DNA of 64,000 bases from Camelus ferus (Eukaryota): assembly GCF_009834535.1 (NCBI RefSeq), contig NC_045697.1, positions 8,620,001-8,684,000 of the forward strand, in the 5' to 3' direction. Shown here one piece after another: positions 1 through 12,675 of this stretch. The number at the start of each line of letters is the position of its first letter. The stretch's first letter is position 1. A model generated the notes under the pieces. The model was not told the origin of the DNA, searched no databases, and saw only the letters and a list, made by a program, of their open reading frames with translations. Both the position numbers and the translations under genes were made by a program.

Positions 1-78
1 AGCTATCCCACGGCCATGTGCTTCACTGAAGACTAAGATGCTCTCCATCCCAGGGGATGAAACTTGAAGAGTCTAAAC

Positions 79-282
79 CAATGATTTTCAACCCTAGATG
101 CTCATCAGAGCTCTTTGGAGTGTACACACATACACACACACATAAACGTGTATATGCACTACAGAGCCCCAGCTGAGCCCCTTTAAATCAATCTTTAAGA
201 GTAGAACCTAGACATCCGTATGTATTTTAAAGATGCTCCCCCCTCACCCCAGTTCAATCTCAGACAGAGTTGAGAGTCACTG
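79..282. mobile_element. MER5-like hAT-Charlie DNA transposon fossil
   Basis: Degenerate terminal inverted repeats (TIRs) caatgattttcaac...gttgagagtcactg and MER5-type internal sequence. Confidence 0.55.
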
Positions 283-289
283 GCCCTAA

Positions 290-722
290 CCATTTTCCCT
301 CACCACCAGTCTGGGATGAGCATTTGATAAAATTCTGGCCAATGGAAGGGGTGAGAAATCTTCTGGAAGGTGGGGCTCTGGGGAAATTTTTCTTCTTTCT
401 TTAAAGGAAGCATGAGGATGAGATCGGCCCCCTCTTCTCCTTCTGACCTTTGGATTTTGTGGTGTAAAGATGTGACACCTGGCATTATTGCAGCCACCCT
501 GTGACCATGAGAGAGCCAGCCCAGCAGTCAACAGGCTGAGGATGGCAAAGAAGAAAGGCAAGAATCTGGAACTTTGGTGGCATCTCCGAACAACTTAAAC
601 AACCCTGCAATCACCTTACCCTGAGAATACTTGTAAGAGGTGATCAATATTCTTAACTGTTTAAGATACTTTAAGTTAGTTATTTGGTAGCTTGCAGCCA
701 AAAGGATCTCAACAGCTAACAC
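290..722 (+). mobile_element. MaLR LTR fragment (MLT1J/K-like)
   Basis: Contains attctggccaatgg and gcagccaccctgtgaccatgag, with a 3' end gtagcttgcagccaaaaggatc typical of old MLT1. Confidence 0.65.
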
Positions 723-904
723 CCACCACTGATTTCACCTACTTCTGCCTGCTGCCTGAGCTGTTTCCAACAGGGGCGGACGTCCGTCAGCAGCTGGGTC
801 CCCCAGACAGGAAGGCCGAAACTCAGTCCTGCTGCCCAGAGGACTCATAACTAGTGAGCCCTGGGCGTATCATTAAACAACTAGTTACCATGAGAGCAAT
901 TCCA

Positions 905-1140
905 ATAATAACCATGACATTTATTATGCACTTACTCCATGCCAGGAACTGTGTAAAGCAAAGTGCTATGAGTATGTCCTCTCATTCCATCCTTAAAAAT
1001 CACCCAGTGAGGTAAGTATTACTGTGTTTTACACACCAGGAAACGGAGCCCCGGAGAAGCTGCAGCATCTGACCAAGGCTGCAGAGCTGCAGAGCTGCAG
1101 AGCGGCAGAGACAGGACGCTAACCCGATCTGTCAGACTCT
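905..1140 (-). mobile_element. MIR SINE
   Basis: MIR antisense core (catttattatgcacttactccatgccagg...gaggtaagtattact). Contains a short (GCTGCAGA)n expansion near 1078-1109. Confidence 0.75.
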
Positions 1141-1577
1141 CAAGACTTCCCTTCTTTCCAGGAGACCGTGTTGTTTCATTTCCCTGTGACTTACGACGTT
1201 ACGTGTGTTCACACATTCGCTGAAATGCTTAACGATGCGAATAAAAGGCATTCATCATTGTAATCCCTAATGGAGATAACAGAAATATTAGCAAAGGCTG
1301 AAGTGAAAACAGTTCAAGTGAGGCCTAATTTTTTACAAGGCCAAGGAATAATTTACTTTATCACAGCAAAGAATTTTATTTGACAAATGCATACTTTATC
1401 ATCTCTGGTCTGCTGAAAATGTAAGTTTACATTTTTCCTAGCCATAAAATTAAAATAATTTTGGCTGCAAAAATCTAAGAAGAAATCCCATTCTAGGTTC
1501 AAGCATTTCCCTGCTTGAACTAAATTTAGATGCTAAATATGGAGCGTGAATAAATGCCATCCCAGTCGGGCATGGCG

Positions 1578-1848
1578 GATGCCTGAGTCTGTTGGGTCAG
1601 GGTTCAAATCCCTGTTCTGCCTCCTGTTGACCGGGTGACATCGAACAAGACATTTCACTCCTCCAAGTCTCAGCTTCCTGATCTGGAAGATGGCAATCAC
1701 AGCTCCCAAGGCAGGCCTGGGATGAGGGTCCAATCAGATGCCTACGTACACTGCATGGCAAAGCAGATGAGCTGTAAACTTGGCTGTTACGAAAATCCGT
1801 GTGAAGTGCCTAGAACGGGACCTGGTGCGGAGTAGCTTCTCAGTAAAT
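1578..1848 (+). mobile_element. MIR SINE
   Basis: Contains gggttcaaatccctgttctgcc, aagtctcagcttcctgatctggaagatgg and gtgaagtgcctagaac. Confidence 0.75.
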
Positions 1849-2592
1849 CTTTAATGCCTTCCCTCTATCCTCCTTCTTTCGTTCCTCATCATCGACAGCC
1901 AGGGGTGGGCCTTCGAGGAGAGCACCGACACAAACTGGTCCCCTCTGCTCCTGGTTGTGGGAGGAGTAATGGGCCGAAGCCCACATCTTGGTTCACTCAG
2001 CTTCCTGTCAGCTTTTTACAGCATCATCCCTGCACCCTGACCCAAACACAGGGCAGCCGGCCAACCTGTGAGCGGGCCACCTGCCAATGTGGAAGACAAA
2101 TCTGAGAACGTGTCAGAGGATTGGGATAAGGGACAGAACAGGGGGTGGAGGTGGGGCGGGAGGAAATGGTTAAGTTGGCTCAAGAGTCGAGGGTTTTAGG
2201 GAAGCTGGAAAGAGATGATCCCTCACCCTGAAGTGAGGAACAAAGGAGGCAATTTCAGAAGAATCTGGATTGCTAGCGGGAGAAGCAAAAGACGGGGCTA
2301 ACTCAGGGGCTCCGTATCGCTCCATTAGGGCTGGGTAGCCAAAGTTGGCCCCCAAGTCACACTGAGAAAAGCAGACAGAAAAGGCCAATAGTTCATGAAT
2401 ATGTTTGGAACTGTTAGAAGTTTCTGAGGTCATTCCTCCCAAGACTGGAGTCTCATTTCAGCTCCATGAAGTTCTCTGGGCTGTCACTATGGTTATCATC
2501 CCCATTTTACAGATTTGCAAATGGAGGCCTCAAAGCTGGCAATGTGTTCTTGGTCACATAAGGGAGGAGAGACACAGAGAGATGAGTTTGTC

Positions 2593-2705
2593 CAGTGGTT
2601 CCCAAACTGAATCCAGCGCCCTGCATCTGGGGTGGAGCCCCAGAATCAGTGTTTTTTTTAAGCTTCCCAGGTGATTCTGATCACAACCAGGTTTGGAAAC
2701 CACTG
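2593..2705. mobile_element. MER5A/B-like hAT MITE, flanked by MIR fragments
   Basis: TIRs cagtggttcccaaact and ggtttggaaaccactg, with internal aagcttcccaggtgattctga. Confidence 0.75.
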
Positions 2706-3589
2706 AGAGGAACAAACTCACTGCATATAAAGAAATGGAGACTGAAAGAGGTGGAGAAATTTGCCCACGGTCACATAGCCAGTTAGAAGCTAAGACAAGG
2801 TCAGTCTCTTGGTCACCTGTCCCCAGGACAGAGCTCCTCCCAGCTCACCCCATGGGCTGCTTAGTTGCTGATGACAACCTACAATACTGGTAGGTTTCAT
2901 TCATTCAATAAACGTTGATTGAGTGCTTCTTCAATGCCAGGCACCAGGGAGATGCAAACAACAGGGGGGTTCTTGGCCTTGGAGAGCTCATGGTCTGAAG
3001 GGGACTGGGGCAAGCAGCCTCATGGCTGCAGGGTGGCCTGGTGGTGCTACGAGCCTGGTGGGTGCTTCTAGCGTGGGGCCTCTGGCAAGGCTGTGGTCAG
3101 GTGAGAAGCTGGACGACTCACTTCCATGTGCAAGCAAAGGGCACAAGAGGGCTTGGTAACGTCTGCTTGGGATGGGGGGTGTGGGGTGGGGAAGGGGAGG
3201 GCTGGGAGGGAGGACTAAGGCTTCAGAGGAAGGGAGAGAAAAATAAGGAAAACAAAGGCTCCTTATATGGAAGGCGGGTTACTTTTGTTTTAATAAGCCA
3301 CTTGTGTGCTGTGACTTTATACAACTCAAGTTAGAATAAACAATTTTGAACTAACGATTGCTAAGGATATTTACTGGGTGTATAAGAAACAATTTGACAT
3401 TACTAAAATATGTCAAGACCAAAATAGAGGCACCAGGAAAACGTCCCTGTAGGCACGAGTCTTTGCTACCATAGAGACATCCTATCTGCCTTTGCTCACA
3501 GCTGTTGGGAAAGTCAGTCCACATCAGTGCCATGTAGAGGACCACACAGGTCAGCGAACCCACCACATTTACATGAGGAATTTACCAAC

Positions 3590-4160
3590 TCTAATGCTGC
3601 CAGTGTCGTGGGGAAGTGGACACTTTCACTTGCCATTAGCAGGATAAGTTGTACAATATTTCTGAAATGCAGTTTGGCAGATTTTATGAAAATATGAAAT
3701 ATTTTCAAAATACCCTTTGAACCAGCAATTCTACTTTTAGGAATTTATCTCAGGGATAAATATATACAAGAAAATACAGAAAGATATACATAGGATGTTC
3801 AACAAGGCATACTTTATAATAGTGAAAATTTGGGGAAAAAATAAATGTCCACAGATCACAGAGTGATTAAATTATCCTGTTATACACTTGAAAACCATGA
3901 AGCCGTTAAAAATGATGATGTGTATTTATGTTTATGGATTTCGAAAATGTTTTTAATATCACTTGTCAACAAAAGCAAATTTCAAAACAAGTTATTTAAT
4001 ATAATGCAATTTATTATAACTTCTGGAATTGCATTTATGCATATCTGGGACATGGTTTTTCACCAAAATGTCAACATTGACAGGGAAGGGGCGATCTTAA
4101 TTTCTTTATTTTTCTCTGTGTTAAGTATTTTACAGCATTTCTACAGTCAGAACAAATGGT
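3590..4160 (+). mobile_element. Old L1 (L1ME-like) 3' fragment
   Basis: Contains ccctttgaaccagcaattctacttttaggaatttatc and aaatgtccac, matching the L1 ORF2 end and 3'UTR. Confidence 0.65.
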
Positions 4161-4549
4161 AGAGTTATCTTCATTTGGGGATTAGAATTTTTAAAGAAAC
4201 TAGGCTAATTCCAAACTGACAATAGAGATTGCAAATATTCATTCATCCTTCATTTTTACAGGCTAACTCCCTATAAATACATATTCATGCGATTTGTTTA
4301 TATACTGAGTCATGAAAACGGTTTGCTCAGTCACTGGAAACTGTTTAGTAAGCACCACCACGAATGAGGCACAGGGACGGTAATAAGGGGGAGGATAACA
4401 CGGTAGTTGGGGTGTCAGGATTCTGAGCAGGCCGACCTGGGTCTGATCCCGGTTCCACCGCCTTTGGACAACTGTACAACCTCAGACAGGTTGTTAAACT
4501 GCCCTGAGCCACAGCTTCCCTGTCTGCCAGAGATAATACAAGTACCCAC

Positions 4550-4795
4550 TGTATTAGTCACCTATTACTCCGAAGCAAATTACACTGAGATTTTAAAACA
4601 ACAGTAATGATTTGTTCTCTCTCACAGTTTCTGTGAAGCAGGAGTTTGGGGCACCCTGGCTGGGTGTTTCTACCTGGAGGTCTCTGGTGAAGTTGCAGTC
4701 TCATGAAAAGCCAGGGGTTCACTTCCAGGCTGGCTGCATCAAAGGGCTGGCAAGTTGATGGCAAGGTTCATCGTAGGCCATCTGGAAGGCTAACT
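4550..4795 (-). mobile_element. MaLR LTR fragment (MLT1F/G/H-like), next to a MIR at about 4400-4549
   Basis: Starts tgtattagtcacctattact and contains tctcacagtttctgtg...caggagtttggg. Confidence 0.65.
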
Positions 4796-6704
4796 AACAT
4801 ACATCGGATGAGAAGATGTTTATACAGAACCCAGGATGTCTGCACTGCATCCATTATAAACCACGGCAACAATAAAGAGCACGTGTAACCGTCCTGCGCA
4901 AGCGAGCCCCGGAAACAGCTCAGAGATGTTAAGTGGTTTGACTAGCTATGCAGTCAACTGATCTTTGAGCCGGGAGAAGAAACACGTTTTCCAGCTCATC
5001 TCTTCAGCGTCCCTTTCCCTAGAGGAAATCTCAGTGGAGACATGGAAGTGAGGGACCACAAGGTAGTCACAAGAGCTAAAGATGAACAGATGTCTCAGAA
5101 GGAAGGATAGGGAAGCTGTTGGAGGATTCAGAATGTCGGGCTGATGGGAAAGGCCATGGGGAGCCATGGGGAGTTTGGAGTGAGACTGACCTAATTCAAA
5201 CCCATAGGTCAAGTCCCCCCCTACAGCTGCAGTATGAAGGTGACGTGGAGGTCTCTGAAGAAAGCGGGCTGTTAGAGCAATGCAGGCAGCAGCCGTGGAA
5301 GAGGAGAAGGGGCCTGAGAGACACAGTGGTTCAGCATCCAAGCCACGTGCAACCTGCGGATTCAGGTTAATTATGGATTAAGGAGGCCAGGTCACCAGGC
5401 TTAGGGGAGAGTGGCTGACTGAGCTGGTACGTGCACAGTGCCTCCCTCAGTCCCAACTCCAGCCCTGAGTCTACTTCAGTCTACAGTGCACGAGGCCTAA
5501 GAGTACTCAGTGTGACTTAGAAGAAGGACTTTAAAACAAGTCTTCTGCCTTTCCTCGTTTCCAGCTCTGCAGCATGGAAAACATGGAATGAAGGGCCAGA
5601 CAGAATGGAATGTACATCGTTCTGAGCTCAGCCCAAAGGCCCTGCTCCACTGAAAGGCTTGCTTCCCAAGGATGAAGGTGCTGGGAGGGTCGCCTCCCTC
5701 AAGGCTGTCAGGCCAAGCTTCACTTCCCCTGTTAAATCTGTTCTGACCGCCCCTCACCCCTGTCTGGGGAGAACTGAGCTGCTCCCAGCACCCTGTACGC
5801 CATTACCAGGATGGACGCTCTCCTAGGACACCAGGATGCCCTACGAACTGCAGGACAGAGGCTGTGTCCCTAGGCATCTTGGGCCCCTGGGGCCCAGCCC
5901 AAATATTATGACTTAGCTCTCCAAAAAAGTTTGACAAATAATTTTCTCTCTTAATATCATCAGCTTTGCATCCAGACATTAACGTTTACACTCACAAGAA
6001 CTGCGATCTAGTACCCAAAGGGCGGAATTCACTCCCTCAGTAGGGCTGCCATGCACATCACAGGTCTTGTAGATTTAATCACACATTTTACAGGACAGTG
6101 AAATGATCAGTTCTAACGAAACAGTGTGACAATTTTCTAAAAGAGAGAAATAAATGATTTGAGAAAGGAAAATTTTTTCTTAATTGGCTCAATGATTCTG
6201 TATGGGTTAGCAGTGGCCCTGTCCATACACTGGTTTTATTTGGCCAATGTAACTTTAAAAATGGGGTTAGAATGGCTATAGCCAGGCACATGCTCTTCCT
6301 ATTGTTTTATATTAACTGCTTTGTGTTCATTTATTTACTTACCTAGCCCCTAACGCCATGAGTTTGCAACCCTGAAACCTGACACTTCATAAAGCATAGA
6401 GCAGATGTTTGCACCGTTCTGTCTTGGGCTGCATCAGAATTTTCTTTCGATAGCTTCTATCTACCCATCCTGTTGCTGGCGTCCTATAGGTTACATACTG
6501 GAAGTTTAAGCTTTTTCCGAAGCATGGTCTTCACCTATCTGGAGACTACCATCAGTCTCTCTCTGAGGCTTTCCCTTTTCCAAATTAAGCATACCGTCTT
6601 CCTTCAACAGTTTCTTATGACATTGGATCTTTTCACCATGATCAGAATGTGCCCTCTTAAAGAGGGGCACCCATACAAGGAAAAATAATGTCAGCATAGC
6701 CTAA

Positions 6705-6840
6705 TCCCTTGCAATTCAAAGTGTAATCCAAAAGTCAGCAGCATTAGTACTCCTTGGCAGCTTGTTATAAATTCAGAGCCTCAAACCCCACCCTAGACCT
6801 ACTAAATCAAGATTCTCCAGGTGATACGTATTCACAAACC
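6705..6840. mobile_element. MER5A fragment
   Basis: Contains tcaaagtgt...cagcagcattag...cttgttataaattcag...ccccaccctagacctactaaatca. Confidence 0.7.
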
Positions 6841-7259
6841 AACCCAGAGAACAGAGACTCTTTTTGCATTAACATAGTTTAAGATTGTGTTAAGTAATCC
6901 TATAAGAGGCAATTACCTTATACTGTTGACCCTGATTCCTGTTATCTGAAATCCCTGATTCTTCACTCACTGTTAAGCCACATCTTCCTATATTACAGTT
7001 TTATTGAAGCATTTAACCATCTGATTCCATTCCGATGAGTTATATGTGTACCTAGACTAAGACCTTAAGGACAAAACGCAGACATGTTCATCTCGACCTT
7101 TGGTGCCAAGCAAAGCCCCTGGTACATAACAGCCGCTTATGTAAGAACTAACAAGGAAATAAACTAACCCGAGCCAAAGTGACAGAGGAAACCGAGTCAT
7201 GCTGTTACACAGTTCAAGCCTGCCTTGATCTGGGGCTCGATGTCAGGGAAGGGGCTTCT

Positions 7260-7660
7260 CCCCACGTCTCACCTCTGCTCCCTTGGCATGAGCTCTGGAT
7301 TTGGGCAGGTTCTCCCTTCGTGTCCTCAAACCGGCTGCCAGTGCTGCTCACAGCTACAGCCTGTCTCATTCAAGTCCAGTGGGCAAAGAGTCATTTGGGA
7401 ACTTCAGGGGATGAAAGTTTCTTTTCTTTTTTCTCGTTTTTCAGAAACCTCAGCAAATGTCCCTTCCAGTTTCATTAGCTCTGATGGAGTTAGCTGAGCC
7501 AATCACTGAGACCAAGAGGAATTCATATCCTAATAGGTTTAAGCCAGTGAGAATCCATCCCTAGAGCTGTGAGTAGTTGAAAATGGAGGTGGGATCCACC
7601 GGGAAATCAGGACACTGTTGTTGTGAGAAGCGGTGACCTGACGCTGGGGAGGCCGCTGGC
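7260..7660 (-). mobile_element. MaLR LTR fragment (MLT1K-like)
   Basis: Contains cagcaaatgtccc...tcattagctctga...tgagccaatcactg. Confidence 0.45.
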
Positions 7661-10429
7661 AGACGTCTACCACAACGCTCAGAAGGTCTGCATTTCCATT
7701 TTCTTTGAATCTTGTAACTGTTTTTCAGGATGTCCAACATTGCAGCAGTCACTGCATGGGTTATGGCCAGAAAACTTTTCTATTTTTAAATGACACACAC
7801 ACTATTATGCCCCATCACATTGTTTCAGTGATCGACTTTAAAGGGTCCTGGCTTACCTCCTCCTGGAATAATAAAGCAGTCACAGGAGTTCTTTGGGCCA
7901 CTCCAAAAACCACTCCAGAGTGGTTTGCCACACATAATAGAGGGTGCACTTGAAAAGCAGCATCCAATGACCAGTTCTGGCTGAAAACTTTTGTGTTTTC
8001 AAAAGTTCAATAAGCAGCAGAAGTGACCACAATGTGTTTGAAACTTTATAGCTTGAGTCTTCAGGAGACAAAGTGCCTAAAACTAGATGGAAAGACTTAT
8101 AATTTTTTAAATTAAAAACTGTAGACAGGAGAGGTAACAGTCAAAGTAAAAAAAGCATGAATCCTAGTTTTTTGTTTCAAAAATAAAACCCGAGGTATGG
8201 GGAAAATTGTAATATGGAATTCAGAAATCTGCTTTGGCCATATGCTTACTGCGTGTTCACTGCGCCTGCCTTCCCCGAGCCAGAAGGCCCTCAATGACCC
8301 TTCGAGCTTAGGATGGGACAGACATGAAACCAATGAGACCAACGGCAGGGGAGGCATTTTTCTGTCCTCCCTTCTGTGATCAGAGGGCAAACTTACCACC
8401 ATGAGCCTCTCTAAACACACACCGCTTGCCAGTCTAGATGGTTGGCGTGAGAAAGTGGGTGGACCAGCACTGGCCGTCACCACTTCTCAGAAGAACACCT
8501 AGGCCTGATCAACATCTAGGAAGGTCAGCTGTGTGATCTCTACAAGGGGAAGGCAACCTAATTCAGTACTCGGCCGAGTGCATCCTCAGAAACGGTTTGT
8601 GTGGATCCTGGCTCTACCCTCAAGCAGGGATTTAGTGTACATCACTCACTGCAATGTCCTCGTACATAACAGGGACAATGACACCCTTCTCATAGTCTGG
8701 TGTGGAAATAAAACAGCTCCTGTGACAAGTGCCTGGAAATGTCCTGGGAGAGAAAACCTACAAAGCCATTCCCTCACCTGCCCCCTGTTCAGTGCCCTTC
8801 AGTGCTCTGACTTTTATAAACACACAACTGAAGTACCCTGGTCTGATCGCAGACCTTCTGTAGTTTCTCTCTGCCTCCTCCAGATGCCTGTACAATCATA
8901 CGTACGTGTTAAGTCACACCTTTTAATATTGCAATAATTGGGACTGGAAAAAAAAAACACTTTTAAAAATCTTCAAATTTTCACATAGATGTATAAATGA
9001 CAAAAAATGATCAAAAAGGCATGGTCTTACCCCTTACTGAATGTAAAGCAGGGCAAATTTAGTTAACAGTAGACCTCAACCAACCACAGCTTTAAAGCAG
9101 CAGCAGCAACAACAAACATCTCTCCTATTAGACTGTACGGTCCTTGAGGGTTGAAATCTTTTATTCAACTTTATATTCTCCTAAACGGCTCTAGCCAACC
9201 GACCAGCATGTATCAGAAAGGTCTTGAAAGGAAGGATAAGCTGAACTATCCTGAAGGGCATGCCACCTCGAAAGGCTTAAAAAGGCTGCATAGTTGCTAG
9301 AAAGTGAAAAGCACAGAAATCAAAGTAGGGAAAGCTGGACTCACTGCCTAATGAGTGCAGCAGGCCCAATTTTCAAAATTTCTTAAATTTCAAATCACTC
9401 TTGAAAAAGTGTTACCCTGGCCAAGAGACAGAAGATCTCCTATACGGTCTATCACTGTGATTTCATGACCTCAAGTTCCTTTTCTTTTTTAATTAAAAAA
9501 CTACGCTCTTACCTGAGCGGCGCCCACCCTGGACAGCAAGGAGTGCCAGAAGCAGTCCCGCTCACCCGGCCTCAGGACTGCCAGGGTCGTCCCCACTTCT
9601 GGCAAGCTCCTTTCCTCTCCGACCTTCAGTTTCCCCCGCCACGCAAGATGTGAAACAACAAGGTTTCTAAAATCCCTTATAGCTGTAAAATTAGATGTCC
9701 AAAATTCCTGCACACATTTACGGCAAGTCTCCTCCAGGGAAGGCACCCTGACAGGCACTCCTGAAGGACGCAGGAGAGGACAGGGTCTGCCCTTCAACAG
9801 GCTCATCGTCTATGAACAGTAAAACACAAGGACACAGACAAGTGTGACCCAAGGCAGGAAGGGGTAATGGCCACCTGAGAGGTACTCACGTGGAACCTGC
9901 AGTTCTGGAGACGAGGACAGGCTTTGGAGGGGCAGCATTCACCGTTTCACGTGGCAAACACGGGGCACCCACGTGCCAGGCACTGGGCCTGAGCACACAA
10001 AACACAACACAACTCTACCAGGACAGAGCCCTGCCCTCGTGGTGCCTAGACGCCGGCTGGCAGAAGGCAGACATTGGGAGAAGGGGGAGGAATTCCAGGC
10101 AGAGGGGGCTTGCAGCAAAGACAGGAAGGCAGAGCTTCACAAGCACACAGGAGCAAGCCCACGGCTCTACTGGCGCACAGGCAGGCAGCGGGTGGAAGAG
10201 CAGTGTGAGGAAAGGTAGGGGGCAGGATGCCGCTGACATAGAGCCCTGAAATGCCGGGCTACGGAGTCCGGGTTTTAACTGGTCTAACAGAATCACCTAA
10301 CAACTCTAAGTGACTCATGTCTATTAAACTTCACACAATCACTGGTCTGAATCCAAAGAATCTTTGTTTTTCTATAACTAAAGAATATGGCAGAAAGAAA
10401 ATTCCCCCCCCCAAAGTAATTTAAATAAA

Positions 10430-10435
10430 TTTATT
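10430..10435 (-). terminator. RAB28: Distal polyadenylation signal AATAAA
   Basis: Plus-strand tttatt at 10430-10435, with a U-rich downstream element on the minus strand near 10385-10402. Confidence 0.75.
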
Positions 10436-10733
10436 TGCAGGAGAAAAACATCTGAACATCAGGTACAGTCTGATCCACAATGATCCAACAATAGTCATAG
10501 CTCATCCTGGGAGTTCTCTTACGCAGCCTGCAGGAGGAAGTCCACTGGAGCAGCAGCTGGACGTTTATCAGAATTCACAAAGCCGTCTAACCTGAGTATC
10601 ACACAATACATAATGACCATGATACAGTAACAAAAATACAATGTCAAATACTCACTATTTCGTGAGCTACAGCTACAATATAAACAATTTAGGCCCTTTC
10701 TTAAAAAAATGAAAAAAGTATTTCTATTATAGC

Positions 10734-10739
10734 TTTATT
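10734..10739 (-). terminator. RAB28: Possible proximal polyadenylation signal AATAAA
   Basis: Plus-strand tttatt at 10734-10739, followed on the minus strand by U-tracts at 10703-10718. Confidence 0.5.
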
Positions 10740-11266
10740 TCAAGCATTTTCAGTTAGATACAGCTTTACATATTTTTACTTACAATAGATAGCAAAAGAA
10801 TGCCTTCTTAAGTATCTGTAGATAAAATATATTACTCGTTTAAATGTTTGCACTCCGAAGCATACTTTGCCAGGTATCAGTTCAGATAAGAGAATGAAAC
10901 TGTGCTCTGGCAAAATCCTGGCTGATGGTCAAGACCTGGAGAGTTTTCATATTTGTTTAAAAAAATTTACATCGGGGAAAAAAGAAGTGAGGACATAAAG
11001 AGAACCAACATTATTCTTTTACAATGAAGCAGTCTACTTCCAGAGAATGGGCTTTCCATTCAAAGTGTGTGGTCCCGAAGCTGAATTCTTTCCAGTCCAA
11101 GGAGCTGCCTGCGGCTGTGAGGCAGCTCGTAATGATGAAGCGAGTTAAGAGGAAAGTGTTAACTGAACTACAGAGATGGTCACTGATAAAGCAAGTTCCT
11201 AGAGGTCCTCAGGCCCACACAGAGGCGAAGGGCAGCCAGAACTATCAATACAAAAGAAAAATGCGC

Positions 11267-11359
11267 TCACTGAACTGCACACATCGCGCTTCTAGGAGGG
11301 TTAACAGTTCTTGACATAGGTTCCTGGTTGTAGTTTACAATATCTGCCTTCACCACCCT
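11267..11359 (-). CDS. RAB28: RAB28 terminal exon, coding part (RAB28S/isoform-1 C-terminus)
   Basis: Acceptor tgacag|AGG. Encodes [30 protein letters not shown] (TGA at 11267-11269). Ends in the CaaX box CAVQ. Confidence 0.96.
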   Translation of the reverse strand, partial: RVVKADIVNYNQEPMSRTVNPPRSAMCAVQ

Positions 11360-12585
11360 CTGTCACAAAAGAAAACAGAGTTATTATCAGAACATTTCCA
11401 AAGAGCTCCTTAGAGTATATTTTTATTTTCTGAACTCTGGTGAACTCCTGATGATAGACATCATAAATGAAGCAGGAGCTGATATTAAAAGAATCATCCA
11501 GAACCAACTAAAGTCAAGCTGGGGTGTTTTTGGTTGGGGGAGGTTTGGTTTGTTGAAGGCTGTAACAGCAATTCTTTAATGGAGTCTTCTCTGGTTATGT
11601 GACACTAATAAAAAATCGGCAAATCAATATGAAAAATTAAACCCTGGTTATAATTTAAAGCAAAGGAATTAAAATTAGTCATTTACATATTTTAACTCTT
11701 AAGACTTCATCATTTCATAGTAAAAAATGTCATTATTAATATTTTCATAAGCCATTATTCCCAAACACAACTTTTAAAATGTTAATCAATTTGTGAGTTA
11801 GTGAGAAGAGTTATAAATATTAAAGAGATGTGACATATAAAGAAGAAATGTTCTGAGCAACCCAATTTTTAAAACTTTTTTAATTTTTAATACTTTTCTC
11901 ACAAATCCCTAACTTACTTCCAAAACAGCTCACTATTAGGTTATGAATAATGACTCTAACAAAATATAGAATAATGAGAAATTTACAAAATTACCTTATA
12001 TTTTTAAAATAATTTAAACCAAAAGACATTTTTAGCTCTTCCTTCCTTCCCTCTAACACACACTTCAAGGAGTGTCTTAAATAATGAATTTAGCAATATA
12101 TCCTAACAATCATCTCTAAGTAATAAATTTAAATTAAAACAAATCCTTTACCATTTTCAACTTTTTTTCACTAAGTCTGCACATACAAGCAGACAAAGAA
12201 GGGTAATTCAAGGCAAATTTTTAAAATACTCTTTCAATTATCAGGCTATTTCAGGAAAAATGGTGAAGAATGAATAATGAAATAACTGCCTCAATTCTCC
12301 ACTTCACTGCACATGTAATAAACACAACCATAAAGACAAATACGTTTGAAAGTAACTGAAATGTTATTTTAATTCGTTCCCAATTCCTTGTTTAAGTCGT
12401 AAGCCTCCTGACAAAAGATCGATTTTTCAAAGTTCTGAAACAGGACTTCTGCAATATTAATTCCCAATAATATACAACAATCATTTGAACATCTCTATTC
12501 ATAAAGAATAAGGAACAAGACAGCATTCACTAGTCCTCCCCACCCACCTCCCCCCGAACTGCAAGTTTATTCATTAATACCTGCA

Positions 12586-12675
12586 CTACTGTACTGAACA
12601 GATTCTACTCTGAGCAGAGCTGGTAAGTTGATGATCTTCTTCCGGGTACTTCACTATTTCTGCCCTGACAATACG
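12586..12675 (-). CDS. RAB28: RAB28 alternative 95-nt cassette exon (exon 12581-12675) encoding the RAB28L/isoform-2 C-terminus
   Basis: Acceptor tgacag|CGT. Encodes RIVRAEIVKYPEEDHQLTSSAQSRICSVQ* (TAG at 12586-12588), then TGCAG|gtatt donor at 12580. Ends in the CaaX box CSVQ. Confidence 0.94.
   Translation of the reverse strand, partial: RIVRAEIVKYPEEDHQLTSSAQSRICSVQ

Larger units (their letters stand above)
10410..11266 (-). other. RAB28: RAB28 3'UTR (about 850 nt)
   Basis: Repeat-free sequence between the stop codon and an AATAAA signal, followed on the minus strand by a G-run and U-rich sequence. The 3' end is approximate. Confidence 0.8.

Noticed and set aside
765..785. CTCF-like motifs (here and near 9512, 19229 and 49310)
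   Set aside because: Each has several mismatches in the CCASYAGRKGGCRS core.
1497..1520. 9-bp perfect inverted repeat (also a 10-bp one at 18892-18921)
   Set aside because: These are short enough to occur by chance in 64 kb and have no other support.
1..10300. Multiple 60-134 aa ORFs downstream of RAB28
   Set aside because: They have no recognisable domains, overlap on both strands and often fall within MIR, MLT or L2 relics, as expected by chance in GC-richer DNA.
11024..11314. 96-aa plus-strand ORF overlapping the RAB28 stop and 3'UTR
   Set aside because: It is antisense to a real exon, with no recognisable homology or supporting gene structure.
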